A stretch of DNA of 63,653 nt, filler included, from Choristocarpus tenellus KU-1152 (GCA_964200185.2; 10 parts of 10 records of this genome joined end to end with filler, not necessarily neighbours in it), one strand, 5' to 3'; positions 39,301 through 52,269 are shown, numbered from the whole stretch's first letter. Program-made: numbers and translations. The notes: generated by a model from the letters alone, not told the origin.

Positions 39301-40102
39301 CATCTTAGCAAGAAAAGGGCTGAAAAGGGGGGCAAGCTCCCCCTGAATGGCCCAACGGATGCAGTGAACAACCGTGCTGGAATGGAGATTTGGAGGGCTT
39401 CGGGGGTGGAATCATAGATAGGTGTAGGCTGCCCCATTTTTCATCGAGATTTTGGTGGACCACCTTTTAGTGTCTGCACAATACACCCATGAAATATGAA
39501 CATGTGAAGAAAAATCTGACTTCTTGATCAGGGCTACAAGAGTTACGTCATATTTATTTCCAATGGAGGAAGTACAGACCCACTTTCATCAGTCTCCTCT
39601 CTTTCTGTCTTTGGATTCTGAGGCAAAACCACCTGGGTGCTCTTGTCGACAACGGAGTGTTCTAGTGCTTGAGTATAGCAGCATACTGTTCAACTGTTGC
39701 TTATAAACCTTTATCTAAGCTTACCAGTGTTACCAATGTGAATGATGTGATTTTGTGGTGGTGTGGTTCACTTAGGCAAGGGTGGCAAAGAGAATCACCA
39801 TGCAAGACGAACAAAGACGAACCGTTAACCGAGAGGATGAGGTTACGGTTGGACAAGTGCAAGACTGCAAGGATCTGCTGGAAGAAGTGGGGACCTGAGG
39901 AAGTGGGGAGGATCATGGTTCGAATGGGTTTCAGAAAAGAAACGTTTCAAAATGGCAGATCCGCTTTAGGAAACAATACTCATAAAGGGACATTATGGGA
40001 AGATACGGAAACCTATACCTCCGAAGTGAAAGTGCACGATCAACAGACAAAATATAGTTCGACATTAAAAAATAAGTAACGGAAGCTAAAAGAGAAGCAA
40101 GA

Positions 40103-40260
40103 TATGCCCTTGGACATTTTGCAAATGTGTCAGGGGAAAAACCAAGAACAACATTTTACATGCCAGAAAAATCCCTAAAGAAGTAAAAGTTGTTACAAAT
40201 GTTAAAACATTAATCTATTTGTTATTTCACTACTATCTATGTTGTACAACTGCCTTCCTC
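40103..40260 (-). mobile_element. CRE-like LINE 3' tail
   Basis: TATGCCCTTGGACATTTTGCAAATGTGTCAGGGGAAAAACC. Confidence 0.7.
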
Positions 40261-40289
40261 TACCTCCTATCTACTTATTACTGCTCACC

Positions 40290-41000
40290 AGGATGAGGAG
40301 CTAGGGAAGCATCTGGTAAGGAGGGTTACGCGACGGTCACCTATGAAGTGACTGTTGACCATACTGGATTTGCACGGGGAGTGACTGCTGGGTTTCCTGC
40401 AGCCAAAAACGATAAGACAGTCATTCGATATGATGATGCTATCCAGAATCTCAGGGATGACCCCCCACATACCCACACGGCTGGGGTACAGCCTTATGGA
40501 CTCCGACGGGAACTATTACACGGAGAAAGGGGCCTATGTCATTGTCGATGGGGGCTACCACAAGGTGACCGGAAATACGTGACTGCAGGGCCGTGCCCAT
40601 GTTATTTATACTCCTGAAAAAAATGAGTGCTCATGAAACAAGCAAGTCAATAGTCCTTTGCCCAACCCGATGTTTGCATTTGCAGTGGAGGTGCTCAATA
40701 CCCCCCCTGAACGCATCTGTCACACAAGGCACAGGCAAGGGTGGAGCGAACGAGTGGAGAGTGTACGCAAGGATGTCGAGAGTGCTTTTTTTGGCATAGT
40801 CATGGGCCGCTTCAGAATCGTCAAGCTACCACTACAATACTTGCACAGGAAGAAGATAGATATGACATATTTTTCACTTGTTGTTGCATATTGCAAAATA
40901 TGCTTCATCCATATGATGACTTTGGAGAGTTGGAGGGCAATACTTACTGGACAGGGGATGCTGGTCTGCATGGTGCCTTCTACAGTGACCCTTAACACTG
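40290..41000 (+). mobile_element. PIF/Harbinger-type (DDE_Tnp_4/Plant_tran-like) transposase pseudogene with one intron (40565-40685)
   Basis: GKEGYATVTYEVTVDH, KNDKTVIRYD, YVIVDGGYHK|GT..AG|WRC, ESVRKDVECFFG..GRFRI.KLP, CCILQNML; frameshifts present. Confidence 0.8.
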
Positions 41001-42285
41001 ATTTCACGCGGATGGGCATGCCAAGGGACCATTGGGGAGAGGGTATGTGGAGAGGGAGGTGGGGGTTTATGAGCTTAGGAAGAAGCTCATAGCGGGCTAG
41101 AAGACGGAGAGATTGTTAGGACGAGGTCCTGATGATGGAATCTCGGTTGTCAAACAGTGGTTTGCGTTTTGCGCTATTGACATTTTGGGTGATAGTGAAC
41201 GGTACAATTGGTACTGTACTCTTGTGAAGTACATACAAGAAGAGGTAGGAAGAAGTAATACAGGGCAAAGTAATACAGGACAAAGAGTCTTTGTCAGTAC
41301 AATGTAGAGAGTGGTCGAGAGTCAACAGTCAAAAGGAAAGACTAATTGCCACTGGTTGTTGCTGACAATGTAGTTAGGTAAAGATTGTCCTGGCCAAGAA
41401 GAGCAGCTCACTTCGTTCTGAGCAGTGGATAATGTTATACACTAACCAACCTTCTGAAGAGCGCTGGGATCATCATCGTCACTTTTAACATTGCTCAAGG
41501 TCATGATAAAAGGCCAACATAATCTCCCAGCACCACCGATATTCTGGCCCAGCCTCAACTACCACCAGTTCCTCATACCGTTTCCCACAAAACCTCTGTC
41601 TGAACAGTATCACCACTCTTCTGAAAGGTCCTCCAAGCTTGCTTAGCGGTCTTGAGCATTCCGTTCGAATTTTGCCTATTTTCCCTAGCTGCAGCCTTTT
41701 CTGCCATTACGTCGTGTAGTCTACTAATGTCTCTAGCCGCATCATCCAATGTGGATACGAGGGTACCAATAATGTGGTTGTCCATCCTATTTTTTTTCCT
41801 TGACTCCGCTTCCAACTTCAAGTCCTCCTCAGCAGCCCTCCGTAACTGCTGTCGGCTCCTTGATCCCGGGTTTGCTGCTAGCCCGTACCTTCTCATTGCC
41901 TCCACAACCTCCATTGAAGCGGACGGACTCCACCACCGACCCACCATCCTTGCTGAAGTCGCACGAGGAGGTGGACCCTTCTTGTGGGGGTCCCTCACTC
42001 GCACTCATGTCAAAGTCTTGGAGCACATCATTGGGCGGGGGCCCATGTACTGTAACAGGAGAAGGTATGAAGGGGGACTCAACCATCTTGCATTTTTTTT
42101 GGAGGAGGGGGAATACGGGAAACCTGCGGTAAGGGTCTCCCCCCTGATCCAAGAGAGGATAGTTCCTGGCTGGGCCTTTCTGGAGTGGCGCTGGCAGGAC
42201 TGTCCAGAGGCGGGACCTCCTGACTCAGACCCTACCGCCTAGCCTCAGCCGCCGCTGGAGATTCGGCTTCGTCCCCCCCCCCCCC

Positions 42286-42385
42286 NNNNNNNNNNNNNNN
42301 NNNNNNNNNNNNNNNNNNNNNNNNNNNNNTTAATTAATTAANNNNNNNNNNNNNNNNNNNNNNNNNNNNNNNNNNNNNNNNNNNN
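42286..42385. other. Artificial contig linker
   Basis: N44-TTAATTAATTAA-N44. Confidence 0.98.
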
Positions 42386-42587
42386 CCCCCTCCCCCCACT
42401 CATCTTTCATGGAACACTTCCTGCCTGACCACACTGCCCACCCGAGGACCCTCTTCCCTCGTCTCCCTTTGCCATTTTATTTTTATTCTTTATTCTTTGT
42501 TATTTATTTTATTTTATTTATTTTGACTTGTGACTTTTTTCTGTGGCTTGTGACTGTGAACATGTTTTTCTGTTTATTTTTTTGCAG

Positions 42588-45500
42588 AGGTGCGGATACT
42601 GTTCCGTTAACAGTAGCGTGCAGGACTGTGGCTAAGGCAGCAGTAAGGCTTGCAAAGGATCCAGAATCAAATGAAATGGAGGTCCAGGTACTGAATCTCT
42701 CTCTCTCTCTCTCTCTCTCTCAATCTCTTTCCATCTCTCTCTCAATCTCTAACCCTTACCCTCTCTCTCTCTCAATCTCTAACCCTAACACACACACTCT
42801 CTCTCTCTCTAGTATTTGCAGTCTGTGTCCTAACCCCAAGCTTGGGGGTGAGTAGTGTAGCAATTGATTTAATTTTTCCTTTTTTATTTTTTATTTTCTA
42901 TTTTCTATTTTGTTGTTTATTTTTCTTTTCTTATCAGGTGGTATCTCTTTGTACTGTTGATACCTTTCTGAGCATGCTTCTGGGATCCCTCAGGCTGATT
43001 CGACAACCATAACATAAGTAATTAAAATAAGAACATAATGATGTAATAATAATATAAACGATAATAGTATAAATAATAATAATATAATTAATAGTGAGAT
43101 TAGTATATAGCTTATTCACTCGTGATTACATTCAAACCCATTCGTACCAGTCAAGAACACATAGTCGATCCTTTTTTTTTTTACATCCCTTAGCTTCAAG
43201 TGTTAGTTTTGCACATCCTTTTTTTTTAACATCTTGTCTCTACTGCGAGCCAGTGATTTCCAACTCCTTACCCCTAACCCTAACCCTAACTCCTTCCCAT
43301 GCTCCACCTCCTACTTCTTACCCTTCCACAACCCCTGTCTGCTAATCTCCTGTCCTTCTTTTCCCTCAAATTGTTTGCTGGTGGTGACTTTCCCTAACCC
43401 TAACCCTATCCCTATCCCTGACGGAGAAACTGTCCCACCCCCATCCCTTTTCCATCCCCCCTCCTCCTGGCAGCCCTGCCTTGTCTTCATCCCCTCTATG
43501 AGCCTGTGTACTTTTCCTTTTTTGTGCTGGTATAAAAATATAAAAAAATAACAACCCTAACCCTACATATATATATATATATTGTATTGAGGGGAACTGT
43601 ATGATACGATTATGGAGAGTAACATTTCCACCAATACAAGAGGCTAAGAAACAAACAATAGTAATAATAATAATATTAATAATAATAGTAATAATGAGAG
43701 TTGAAGATTGAGGGGAGTGAGTTAAATGATCCGGTACGAAAAAAGGAACATTTCCGCCAATAAAATAACAGCCTAGGTGTTGCGCATTCGGCCAACCGGG
43801 TACGCACAAAAGCTCTGCCACATTTTTTTTTTTTCTCTCTCCCCATGTCGCCTCCCGCTATAGATCCATCCATCCGTCCGTCCATCCATCCGTCCATCCG
43901 TCCATCCATCCATCCATCCATCCGTCCGTCCGTATTGCGGATGCGCTTTTGTTTTGCAGGCCATCAAGGATACCATCGATGCTCTCAAGGGGAAGATGTC
44001 GACAATTTGTCCAGGGGCGAAGGGGGGCGAGATGGCACCGCCTCTTGGTCTTGAGATTGAACCTTCCAAGGTCCCCTGGGCGGCGGTGTACCCCTTGTTT
44101 GGAAGACTGAGGCGTGACTGTGGAGTGGAGCACCTGGCAGGGGTGAGAGGCTGATGAAAGATCGATCGGTGCTGGAGGGGGTGTAGATAGGGGGCTGTAA
44201 CGTGCGCAGTGGGTTTGGTGGTTTTCACGTGTAATTGGCGATGGCCATGAATTGTGTATGAGTGTTAGGGTTAGTGGGTGTTATGTGTTATGGATGGATG
44301 AAGTACCAAGTGTGTATGAGGGTTAGGGTTAGTGGGTGTTATGAATGGATGAAGTACCAGGTGCGTATGAGGGTTAGGGTTAGCGGGTGGTATGAGAGCA
44401 TGAAGTACCAAGTGTGTATGAGGGTTAGGGTTAGTGGGTGGTATGACAGCGTGAAGTGTGTTGTTGATGATGGTACAAGGTAGATGCATTATACTGTTGG
44501 TGGCTTGTTTTACCGTGTCATCGTACCGTGCCATGGACTGAACCCGTGACTCTTTTTTATGTCCCTGGACTGTTGTGCTGGTTTGTAACCTTAACAACTG
44601 AAAAATGAGACGGTCAAGCCGATAAAACTTTCTGGAAAGGCTGCTTTATTGTCCATTTGCTAGTATTTTTTATTTTTTGTACCCCCTATTTGTCTTCAGC
44701 TATTGGTAGTAGTACTTTTGTATCTAGACCCAAGTAATTTCCAAGTGATGTCGGTTATTTCCATTGATATTCACTGATACATTCCAATTTGTCCCTATTT
44801 GTAACTAATTTATGATACTGGAGAGGATCCTCCAATGTCAAAGTATAAATAATTTTTTAGTGCTGTGATCAAGAGTGAAGTTATCAAGAGCGAAGTTATC
44901 AAGAGTGAAGTTATCGGCATGTACCCCGCATCAACATTATACTGACGATTTTTTGATCTTCAAAACGATATACAATTGCAATCGAGGTAGAGGCATTATC
45001 GACCGATTTTTTTTTTTAACCTTGTATGTATATATATATATTTATTTTTCCCTCTGAAAAATTGGTTTTACTTGACATTTCGTACACATTCACAGATCCC
45101 CTTTGTACCCCCCTCTCCCTCCTCCCCACTACCATACCAACCCCATCCCTTCGTAGCACTAACAACTGAGCTGCCCGGCCTCTGTACCTACCTTCAGGAG
45201 CATAAACCTCCACCCATCCTTCGCCCGGTGGAACTGACCCTAGTCCCTGAGGTGGTGTCAACCTTTGAGGATGTGGCAAATGCTCTTACACGTGCTAATG
45301 AGGCGTGTACGCTTCTGTCAAATCAGCGAACACTGCTCAAGAACACCTACTTCCTCCGAACCTCCCTTATCACCAATTTATTCACTAGGGTGAGAATCAA
45401 TCTATTCACTAGGGCGAGAACCATTCTATTCACTATGGTGAGAACCAATCTATTCACTAGGGTGAGAATCAATCTATTCACTAGGGTGAGAATCAATCTA

Positions 45501-46092
45501 TTCACTATGGTGAGAACTGATAGTTCTTCGATTCAGTGTGCATACACACATAATACATACATATACATGAATGCATTAGTATTGAAAGATCAGGTTATGT
45601 AATGTATACATTAATATTCAAGGGTTAGGGTTATGTAATGCCTTCTTCTCTTGTAGGTTAGAATTGAGAGCTTTACCATACTCAAGGAGGAGCTACTTTC
45701 TTTCTTACTAGTCATCCAGAGACATTATTATTATTATTATTATTATTTGTTTTTAGTATTATTTTATTGTTCTTTCAATTGTTGTTATTATCAGTAAAGC
45801 CTCTCCATTAAAAATCCGCCCTTGATCTCCAAGACTGATGGCAATAGTACATCCATTTCAAGTCACATGTTAAAAAAGAAAGCATTATCAAGAAGTTGGT
45901 GCTTTTAGAAGCATTCCTCCCACCTTGTCTCCCCTCCCCCCCTCCTCTCCTGTGGGCAACCCTTTGCCTTCCTTTCAGGTGATTCCCATGCCAATGCCCA
46001 ATTCCTCCCCGAGGGCTGCCATGGAATGTTTTTGGCAGGCTACTAGAAGGCATATGCGCTATGAGACTCAGGCACACATTCTGAGGATGCTG
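42588..46092 (+). CDS. Four internal exons (42588-42687, 43960-44142, 45198-45389, 45979-46092) of a large protein, probably DUF3638/DUF3645-type
   Basis: Canonical GT-AG sites with phase-0 joins giving ...[16 protein letters not shown]|[17 protein letters not shown]...CTLLSNQ...NLFTR|VIPMPMP...CFW...MRYETQ; the exon structure is clear, the family call is from memory of motifs and less certain. Confidence 0.75.
43865..43932. repeat. (CCAT/CCGT)n microsatellite
   Basis: Seen directly, just upstream of the acceptor at 43959. Confidence 0.9.
44254..44457. repeat. Intronic 51-bp minisatellite x~4 containing GGGTTAGGGTTAG
   Basis: Unit GTATGAGGGTTAGGGTTAGTGGGTGTTATGAATGGATGAAGTACCAGGTGC. Confidence 0.85.
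45373..45516 (+). repeat. 24-bp minisatellite x6 spanning an exon/intron junction
   Basis: Unit YCAATCTATTCACTAKGGTGAGAA, six contiguous copies. Confidence 0.95.
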
Positions 46093-46312
46093 GTGAGTCG
46101 ATGTGGAGGGGATATTGCTTTTTTATGTTTGTTCTTGAGATTGTGCTTAGGGGGTATCTGTAACATGTTCTTTTGTTATTTCTGCTTTAGTCCCATATTT
46201 TGTGTTTTGCAGACTACAAGAAAAAAAGTGCACAAGATGGTGTATCAGATTTTCATCATTTCTTTGTTTTTTGTTTTTGTTTTTTTGTGTTGGGGGGGGG
46301 GGGGGGGGGGCG

Positions 46313-46412
46313 NNNNNNNNNNNNNNNNNNNNNNNNNNNNNNNNNNNNNNNNNNNNTTAATTAATTAANNNNNNNNNNNNNNNNNNNNNNNNNNNNNNNN
46401 NNNNNNNNNNNN
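46313..46412. other. Artificial contig linker
   Basis: N44-TTAATTAATTAA-N44. Confidence 0.98.
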
Positions 46413-46855
46413 CCCCCCACCCCCAATTTATATCTGATAATACTACACCATTTCGCCTTGCTGCTTAAATTTGGGTCGGTCTTGAGAATGTTCAAAAAGA
46501 ATCAAAGAAAAAAGAACTTTGTATTTGTAGAGCAATTTTTTGCGAAAGCTCTTTGCACTGTGGCAGTGTCATATGTCTTCCCAGCCAGGACAAATGATTG
46601 CAATTTTTCTACTTCCACTTCTCAGGTATAATATCTATCGACCTGTTTTTACCTCTTTCATCCTCAACCTTAAATTTCCATAAATACGAAAAGGAAAAAT
46701 ATATATATTTTTATTTCTGAACTAATGCTGTAAAGGGTTGCCAATAACTTGTGCCAGCACTTCCTTTTTTTTCTTCTATGGGCTTGTGTAATTGCTCCAC
46801 TCCCTCCCTCCCTCCCTCCCTCCCCCTATGTCGGGGCTGCTCTTTGCTTGCCTAG

Positions 46856-46960
46856 GGGATCATGTGGAGGCCCAACGGCACACCATACCACTCTGGTGAG
46901 TGGAAGAATGGTGAGCCAGTGCAGCGCACACGTCGCACCCCTGCCAGGCAGGGCAAATAA
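46856..46960 (+). CDS. Probable terminal exon of a MORN-repeat protein
   Basis: After cctag| reads GIMWRPNGTPYHSGEWKNGEPV...GK*; G-x-M-x-x-PNG-x-x-Y-x-x-GEWKNG fits the MORN consensus. Confidence 0.5.
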   Translation, partial: GIMWRPNGTPYHSGEWKNGEPVQRTRRTPARQGK

Positions 46961-48096
46961 CCTTCGCCCTAGAGTTAAGCTCAGAAGCCTGTAAAATATG
47001 TATGGATTGTGCACAGTGGAACTGTGTACGAAGAGTGGGGGCATGGGAAGGACAGTTGAGGAATGTTGTATTTGTAGAGAGTGATAAGACGTAGCCCAGG
47101 TTGAAAGGGGGGTGGGTGCAGTTGGTGCAGGAAGGGTTGTTAAGGCAAAATGTTTATTGCCCTTGCATACTTTTGCGTTTTCACTGTTTGCGTATCTTGT
47201 TAATGCCTGTTTTCACAGGGAGATGAAGGCTTGTGGGGTGGAGGCATTCTTACTATCTACTACTGTTTTCAATTGAATTCACTCGATGCAGGCACAAAAT
47301 TTTGGCATCTTGCTTAAATTTCGTGTCATATAGCCCCTCTAATTGCCTCGGTGGAGACATACTTAAGGTTTAGTTATCGATTTTGTTTTAATTACTCTAT
47401 CCAAAGGATCAGCTTATGTTAGATATATGACTGACTTAGGCAGCAGTACGCTAGGGTTGGAGTCTACGCTGTTGGTCTACTTGTGAAAATGTTTCACGAG
47501 AAGGGCTGCCATTGAAGAAAAAAGTGGAAAAACTGAGGTGATTGAAGTGGACCTCTTCAAGTTAGATGAGGTCATGGAAGTGATTATTTTGTGTAGCATA
47601 TATTTTGTGGAAAACTGCTGCAGCATAGTCCTGCTGACCCAAGACCATGCTATGCATCCTGGATGGAAGAATGTGTTTATCTGGTTAAGGAAGAGGACTT
47701 TGATAGAAGTGGGCTGAAGGGAGAGAAGAGCGACACAGTTATGTCCTGAGTAAAACCGATACATGGTGTACACATGTACTGGAGTTATTCACCTTCATTG
47801 TTCCTCAGGACGTAGGACGGTTAGAAATATGTTTCCAAATACAATGGACAAATCTAATGGTACAGACTTGTAAATAATACTGTCAGAGTGATCTGTTGTG
47901 TCTCTGTTTTTTTTTCTTCCTACAGGTCATGAACTCAAAGACATGTATGTGCAGCGACACAACATATCATGCAAATGATGAAACGTGACATACCTCAAAC
48001 ATACTCCAACAGCTTGTCAGGTTAGGATAGAGTTATCCCTACCTGGTGACATGAAACGACCAGCCAATTATACTTGTGACCACAAGCATACATGCA

Positions 48097-48355
48097 CAGC
48101 CAAAAAAAACGAGAGGTACCCAGGTTTTGTCACTTTACTTTTTAACCCAGTTTTTTAATCTGTCGTAATTCACCCATAGTTCTATGAATGAAGTTGTAAG
48201 TTCGACTTGAGAACGTTGATTTCTTTCTTGTTTGATAAATTTCGACACATTTCAGAAAAATCTCATACACGAATTTGAAAAAATAGACGAATTTTGCACA
48301 TATATGTTCGCATCCTTAAAATGTAACTGTGGATACCTCTCGTTTACTTTGACTC
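48097..48355 (+). mobile_element. MITE family B
   Basis: Degenerate left TIR (..AAACGAGAGGTACCC), intact right TIR TACCTCTCGTTTACTTTGACTC; flanks GCA/ACA. Confidence 0.85.
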
Positions 48356-48384
48356 ACACCCCCACGTAAAAATATATATATTTT

Positions 48385-49440
48385 TATTATTATGCCCTCA
48401 GATATTTTCCGCAAGTGTGAAGGGAAAAACCAATGAATGAAGATTAAAATGTCAGAACAACCTCCAAAAAAGCAACCGTTGTCGAAAAATGTGAGACATT
48501 TTCTATTTACTATTTTACTATCGCCTACACTATACCACTGCCGTCCTGTTCCTCCACCCTAGCTTAGTCCTGCACCTCAGGGTGAGGAGCGAGGGAAGTA
48601 TCCCAAGAATCTAACAAGCCCCTCATTGCCCATCTCCCTGGCGTCTCCAGCTAAAACCCATGACACGCCAAGATAGAGGTTCTTGTGTTGTGACAGACAT
48701 TATCTGTCGCGTAGACGGAATTTGGCAGCCATTTTCCTGCTGTAGCCTTCTCCCCCTCTCCCCCCTACCGCGTGCGTAGCCAACTAATCCAGAAAACTTT
48801 CCGCTTGCTTACCGAGGCACCCAGAACTTTCTACCGCGAAGGTGTTGATATCATAACTACGAGGGTCAAAAGAACCCTCATAGTGGGTGCGCTTTCGCGC
48901 CTCAGCTGTAGCAGCAGCTACACCATTGCTGGTGGATGAGTGGGGTAGGTGAGATGCTGCTTGCACTTCTGCAAATGTAACATCTGGAAGGGGGCCCTTC
49001 GTCCCGGTAGGTAGCTGATCTGGCGTCCGCAAGTGCCCCAGCACGAAAGACCAGATTCATGCGGAAATTCCTACCCCCACTGTGAATGGACTACCGTCCC
49101 TTTAAAGTGAAAGGGATGCACATTCCTTTACAGAGTTGACCCAGACGCTTCACCATCGGTGTGTGTTGGTGACCATGTCTTCCTGGTTTAAAGCAGGTAC
49201 GTGCATGTCTTGTATCCACATTTTACCTCCTGCACCCAGCCACTTGGCACCTGTTCGATAGGGCCTCCTCCCTCCCTAGGGATCTGCTGGCAGTGAGTCT
49301 AAACTCTATTGCATGGTGGTTCCAGGGCTTGTTGAGTGGAAGCCCATGCATTTCCTCCTTGTCCACAATGTGTCCAGTGCTGGGGCAGACCTATCGAGGA
49401 GCTTTCCTTCCTTTCTACCGCTTCGTCAGGTAAGGCGGCT
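48385..49440 (-). mobile_element. Longest CRE-like LINE copy: degraded Zn-knuckle region, RLE endonuclease, 3' UTR and (AAT)n tail
   Basis: ORF 48784-49044 has DVTF...AEARKRTHY...FAVESSGCLGKQAESFLD; the 3' UTR matches 15540-15797. Confidence 0.8.
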
Positions 49441-49469
49441 AATTGTGTGCGGAAAGAGTTTATATCATT

Positions 49470-49650
49470 GTACGCTCTAACATTTTGGAGATGTGTAAGG
49501 GAAAAACCAAAACCAAAATCATAAGGCTCTACAACATTTATTATAATATTTTCTCTCTAATATTTTGTAGATGTGTGAGGGGAAAAATCAAGAAATAACT
49601 ATGAACTTGTCAGAAAAATCTCTAAGGAACAGTTACTGTTGATCTAAAAT
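49470..49650 (-). mobile_element. Two more degraded CRE-like LINE tail fragments
   Basis: CTCTAACATTTTGGAGATGTGTAAGGGAAAAACC and CTCTAATATTTTGTAGATGTGTGAGGGGAAAAATC. Confidence 0.6.
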
Positions 49651-50248
49651 GATACCTGTACCTACATTATCCCAAAACTATGCAACAATGTTTTTTTGAA
49701 GGTTGGTAATTACAAGATAATAGTATCTATATTAGTACTTCAAAGAGGAATTTGACTGGAATATTGAGTACAGAATTTATGAAATGAGAAGGGTTCCAAT
49801 CATGAAATTTCAAAATATTCAATACATTGGTACCTACCTCAAGGAGGAGGAATTTCACCCAGAATGCTAAGCATAGAATATATAAAATGAGAAGGGTTCA
49901 AATCAGACCATTACACAGTTGGTTTCAGTTATCTTTACTGTTGAAGAGGTTTCCGAATGTGAAAGTATCTCCAACGGTATATAACTACAGTACCTACACC
50001 TATTTTATACCAACTATTATATACCAATCCCATTTTGTACCGCTTTTTTCGACATACTAAAAAAAATAGGCTTTTGTACCGGAATTCTCGTATTCGGGAG
50101 ATTTGGCACAAAATCGGGGAGATATTCACGCGAGTTTGGAGCGCGCGAAAAACATTATCGCGAAAAGTGCCTTTCTTCCTAAGTCATGACCACACAGCAG
50201 TACAGTATGTTGCTGGTAGGGGAAGAAAGTGGAAGCCATGCCTTGTGC

Positions 50249-50348
50249 NNNNNNNNNNNNNNNNNNNNNNNNNNNNNNNNNNNNNNNNNNNNTTAATTAA
50301 TTAANNNNNNNNNNNNNNNNNNNNNNNNNNNNNNNNNNNNNNNNNNNN
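50249..50348. other. Artificial contig linker
   Basis: N44-TTAATTAATTAA-N44. Confidence 0.98.
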
Positions 50349-50442
50349 CCGACCCGTGCAACCAAATCGCACCAAAATGTGAAAATCGAAAATGGGTCAA
50401 AAACGGACGCTGGCCCCCCCCCCCCCCAAGATACTTTGACCC
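50349..50442 (+). mobile_element. Right half of a MITE family C variant at the contig start
   Basis: TGCAACCAAATCGCAC...(C)nAAGATACTTTGACCC, the same end as at 11323. Confidence 0.75.
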
Positions 50443-52269
50443 ATATCGTTCTCCATACTGTTGAGGTCATAACCTGTGCTTCATATACTTGTATTCGGGA
50501 AGTATGGAAAAATATACCGTCATTGATTTGGGTTGGGGTTATTGTTTTGACTTGATCAATTGACTGAATGGTCCCAGTGATCGATTGTACGGTGAAACAT
50601 AGTATCGAAACCGACCTTTTAATAGACGCATGCCGAATCTTGGAAAACAAGGTTTAGAGGTAGGCTTAGGGCTAGGGCTGAGGTAAACAAGAGGTATCCT
50701 CGAGCTGCAAAGGGACGACTGCTAGCCTGTTTCAGGATTCCGTTTTTCTGAGGAATATCCACATCAAATATATGGAACAGTTGTCAAAGGTTAAAACGAG
50801 GCGAGATCCACCCTTGTAGGTCGAAACCAGTGCCAAGTGAGTAAGATGTGTGCGTGATCTACACGGGGTATATAAAGATCGGTTTACGACGCAATAGCGC
50901 CCAAAAACGGGTTACCCTCTGTTTACCTTGGCACTTTATGTAGATAAAGCTCGAGTGTATCCGAAGAAGAGTGCTGTACCCCAACGTAATTATGTGATGA
51001 GGACGAAACCCTATGCGATGCACCTCACGGTGCAATTTGTTATTGGTTCCCCTTTGCAGCAGAGGAAATATTGGTGTTGAGGTGAACAAATGCGCTCACC
51101 TCTGATGTATTATATTTTTGTAGGTTTGGTGTATGTGAGTGATGCGATTGCGCTCTCTGACCATGTTGAAATAGAAAGGCGAACCCAAATGTTGGATCAG
51201 AGCCGTAGATTTCTAAGCACTGAGGACGGGACCAAAACACTAGCCGACAACAGGGACACCTGTTTTGTCAATTACATGCCCATCATCAGTTGTGCGAACA
51301 AAGTCAAGGAAATGAACTGCGGTGTCAACATGGCGTATCTAATAAGCAGAATACATGTGATGGTTACCAAATGGAGAAACGTAGATTGCTGGAAAGGAAA
51401 AGTGGTGGAACATAGGCCTTCATAAAGAGCTTGGAAACTGTTAGTAAACTGTTTGAAGTGCTTGTAAACTTTTTGTAAACTGTTTGTAAAACTTAAGATC
51501 GGGCTGAACCTTGCGTTCAACACCCGTTGTATTTCTTAGATTTGCAGGACCTGTAAAAGTACTGACACCTGAGTGGTCCGTACACACCCGATAACACTGT
51601 GAACGTGGTAAACCTATCATATCTAAATCGCACTAACATAGTAGTCGGAGACTGTGTCCAAGGTATAGCGATCCATAAATTGAACAAAAAAAATACGACC
51701 CGTACTTCAAGCTCAAAAAAGAAACCAATAAAGCTCTACTTCAACTCATGGGCATGTTGGAAGTCGCACTCGTTGCCGTTCTTCCTCCAGTCTACAAGCT
51801 TGGGATAAGCATTAGTAAGTACGTGCCATAGGTTCATAGTTGTGGAATACCTCTCGTTCCATACGTCTGCCTTCATCAAGCTGAGGAACATAGCCTTCTG
51901 TTCAGTGAGGGCTTCAATATCCTCTACACGCAGCGTCCTAGTCACTTTTTCACCGCCACCATGTAACGCATCCAGGATGCTCTCGTCGACATAGCAGTAG
52001 TCATCCTCGACAATAATTTGGCAGATTTGCCAGCCTTCATGTGCCTAAACCCATGATCATGTATGACCTGTCGGAGGACCTGGATTTGCACACACGGTAG
52101 TGCAAAGATATCAAACTCTTGGCCTCCATGAAATCTTCCGTTAACTTGGATGTCATGTTTCCCCCAGAGTAAACGAATTGCGCTGGCACCGGGGTCACCA
52201 CCATCGGTAGGATCGTCTCCATTATCATCCTGTCCTGCAACACTTACCGCTTTAGTAATGGATGAGTCA

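Noticed and set aside
43676-44133. ORFs with MDGW/IHPS repeats; also [10 protein letters not shown] at 44875 and the Asn-rich ORF at 2903
   Set aside because: Translations of micro- and minisatellites in non-coding context.
45373-45516. CRISPR array
   Set aside because: The 24-bp repeats are contiguous with no unique spacers, there are no cas genes, and the context is a eukaryotic intron.
50860-52260. Integrated phaeovirus or giant-virus genes (also 6600-9200 and 9900-10500)
   Set aside because: Degraded coding-like sequence, but no NCLDV core-gene motif that I can recognise.
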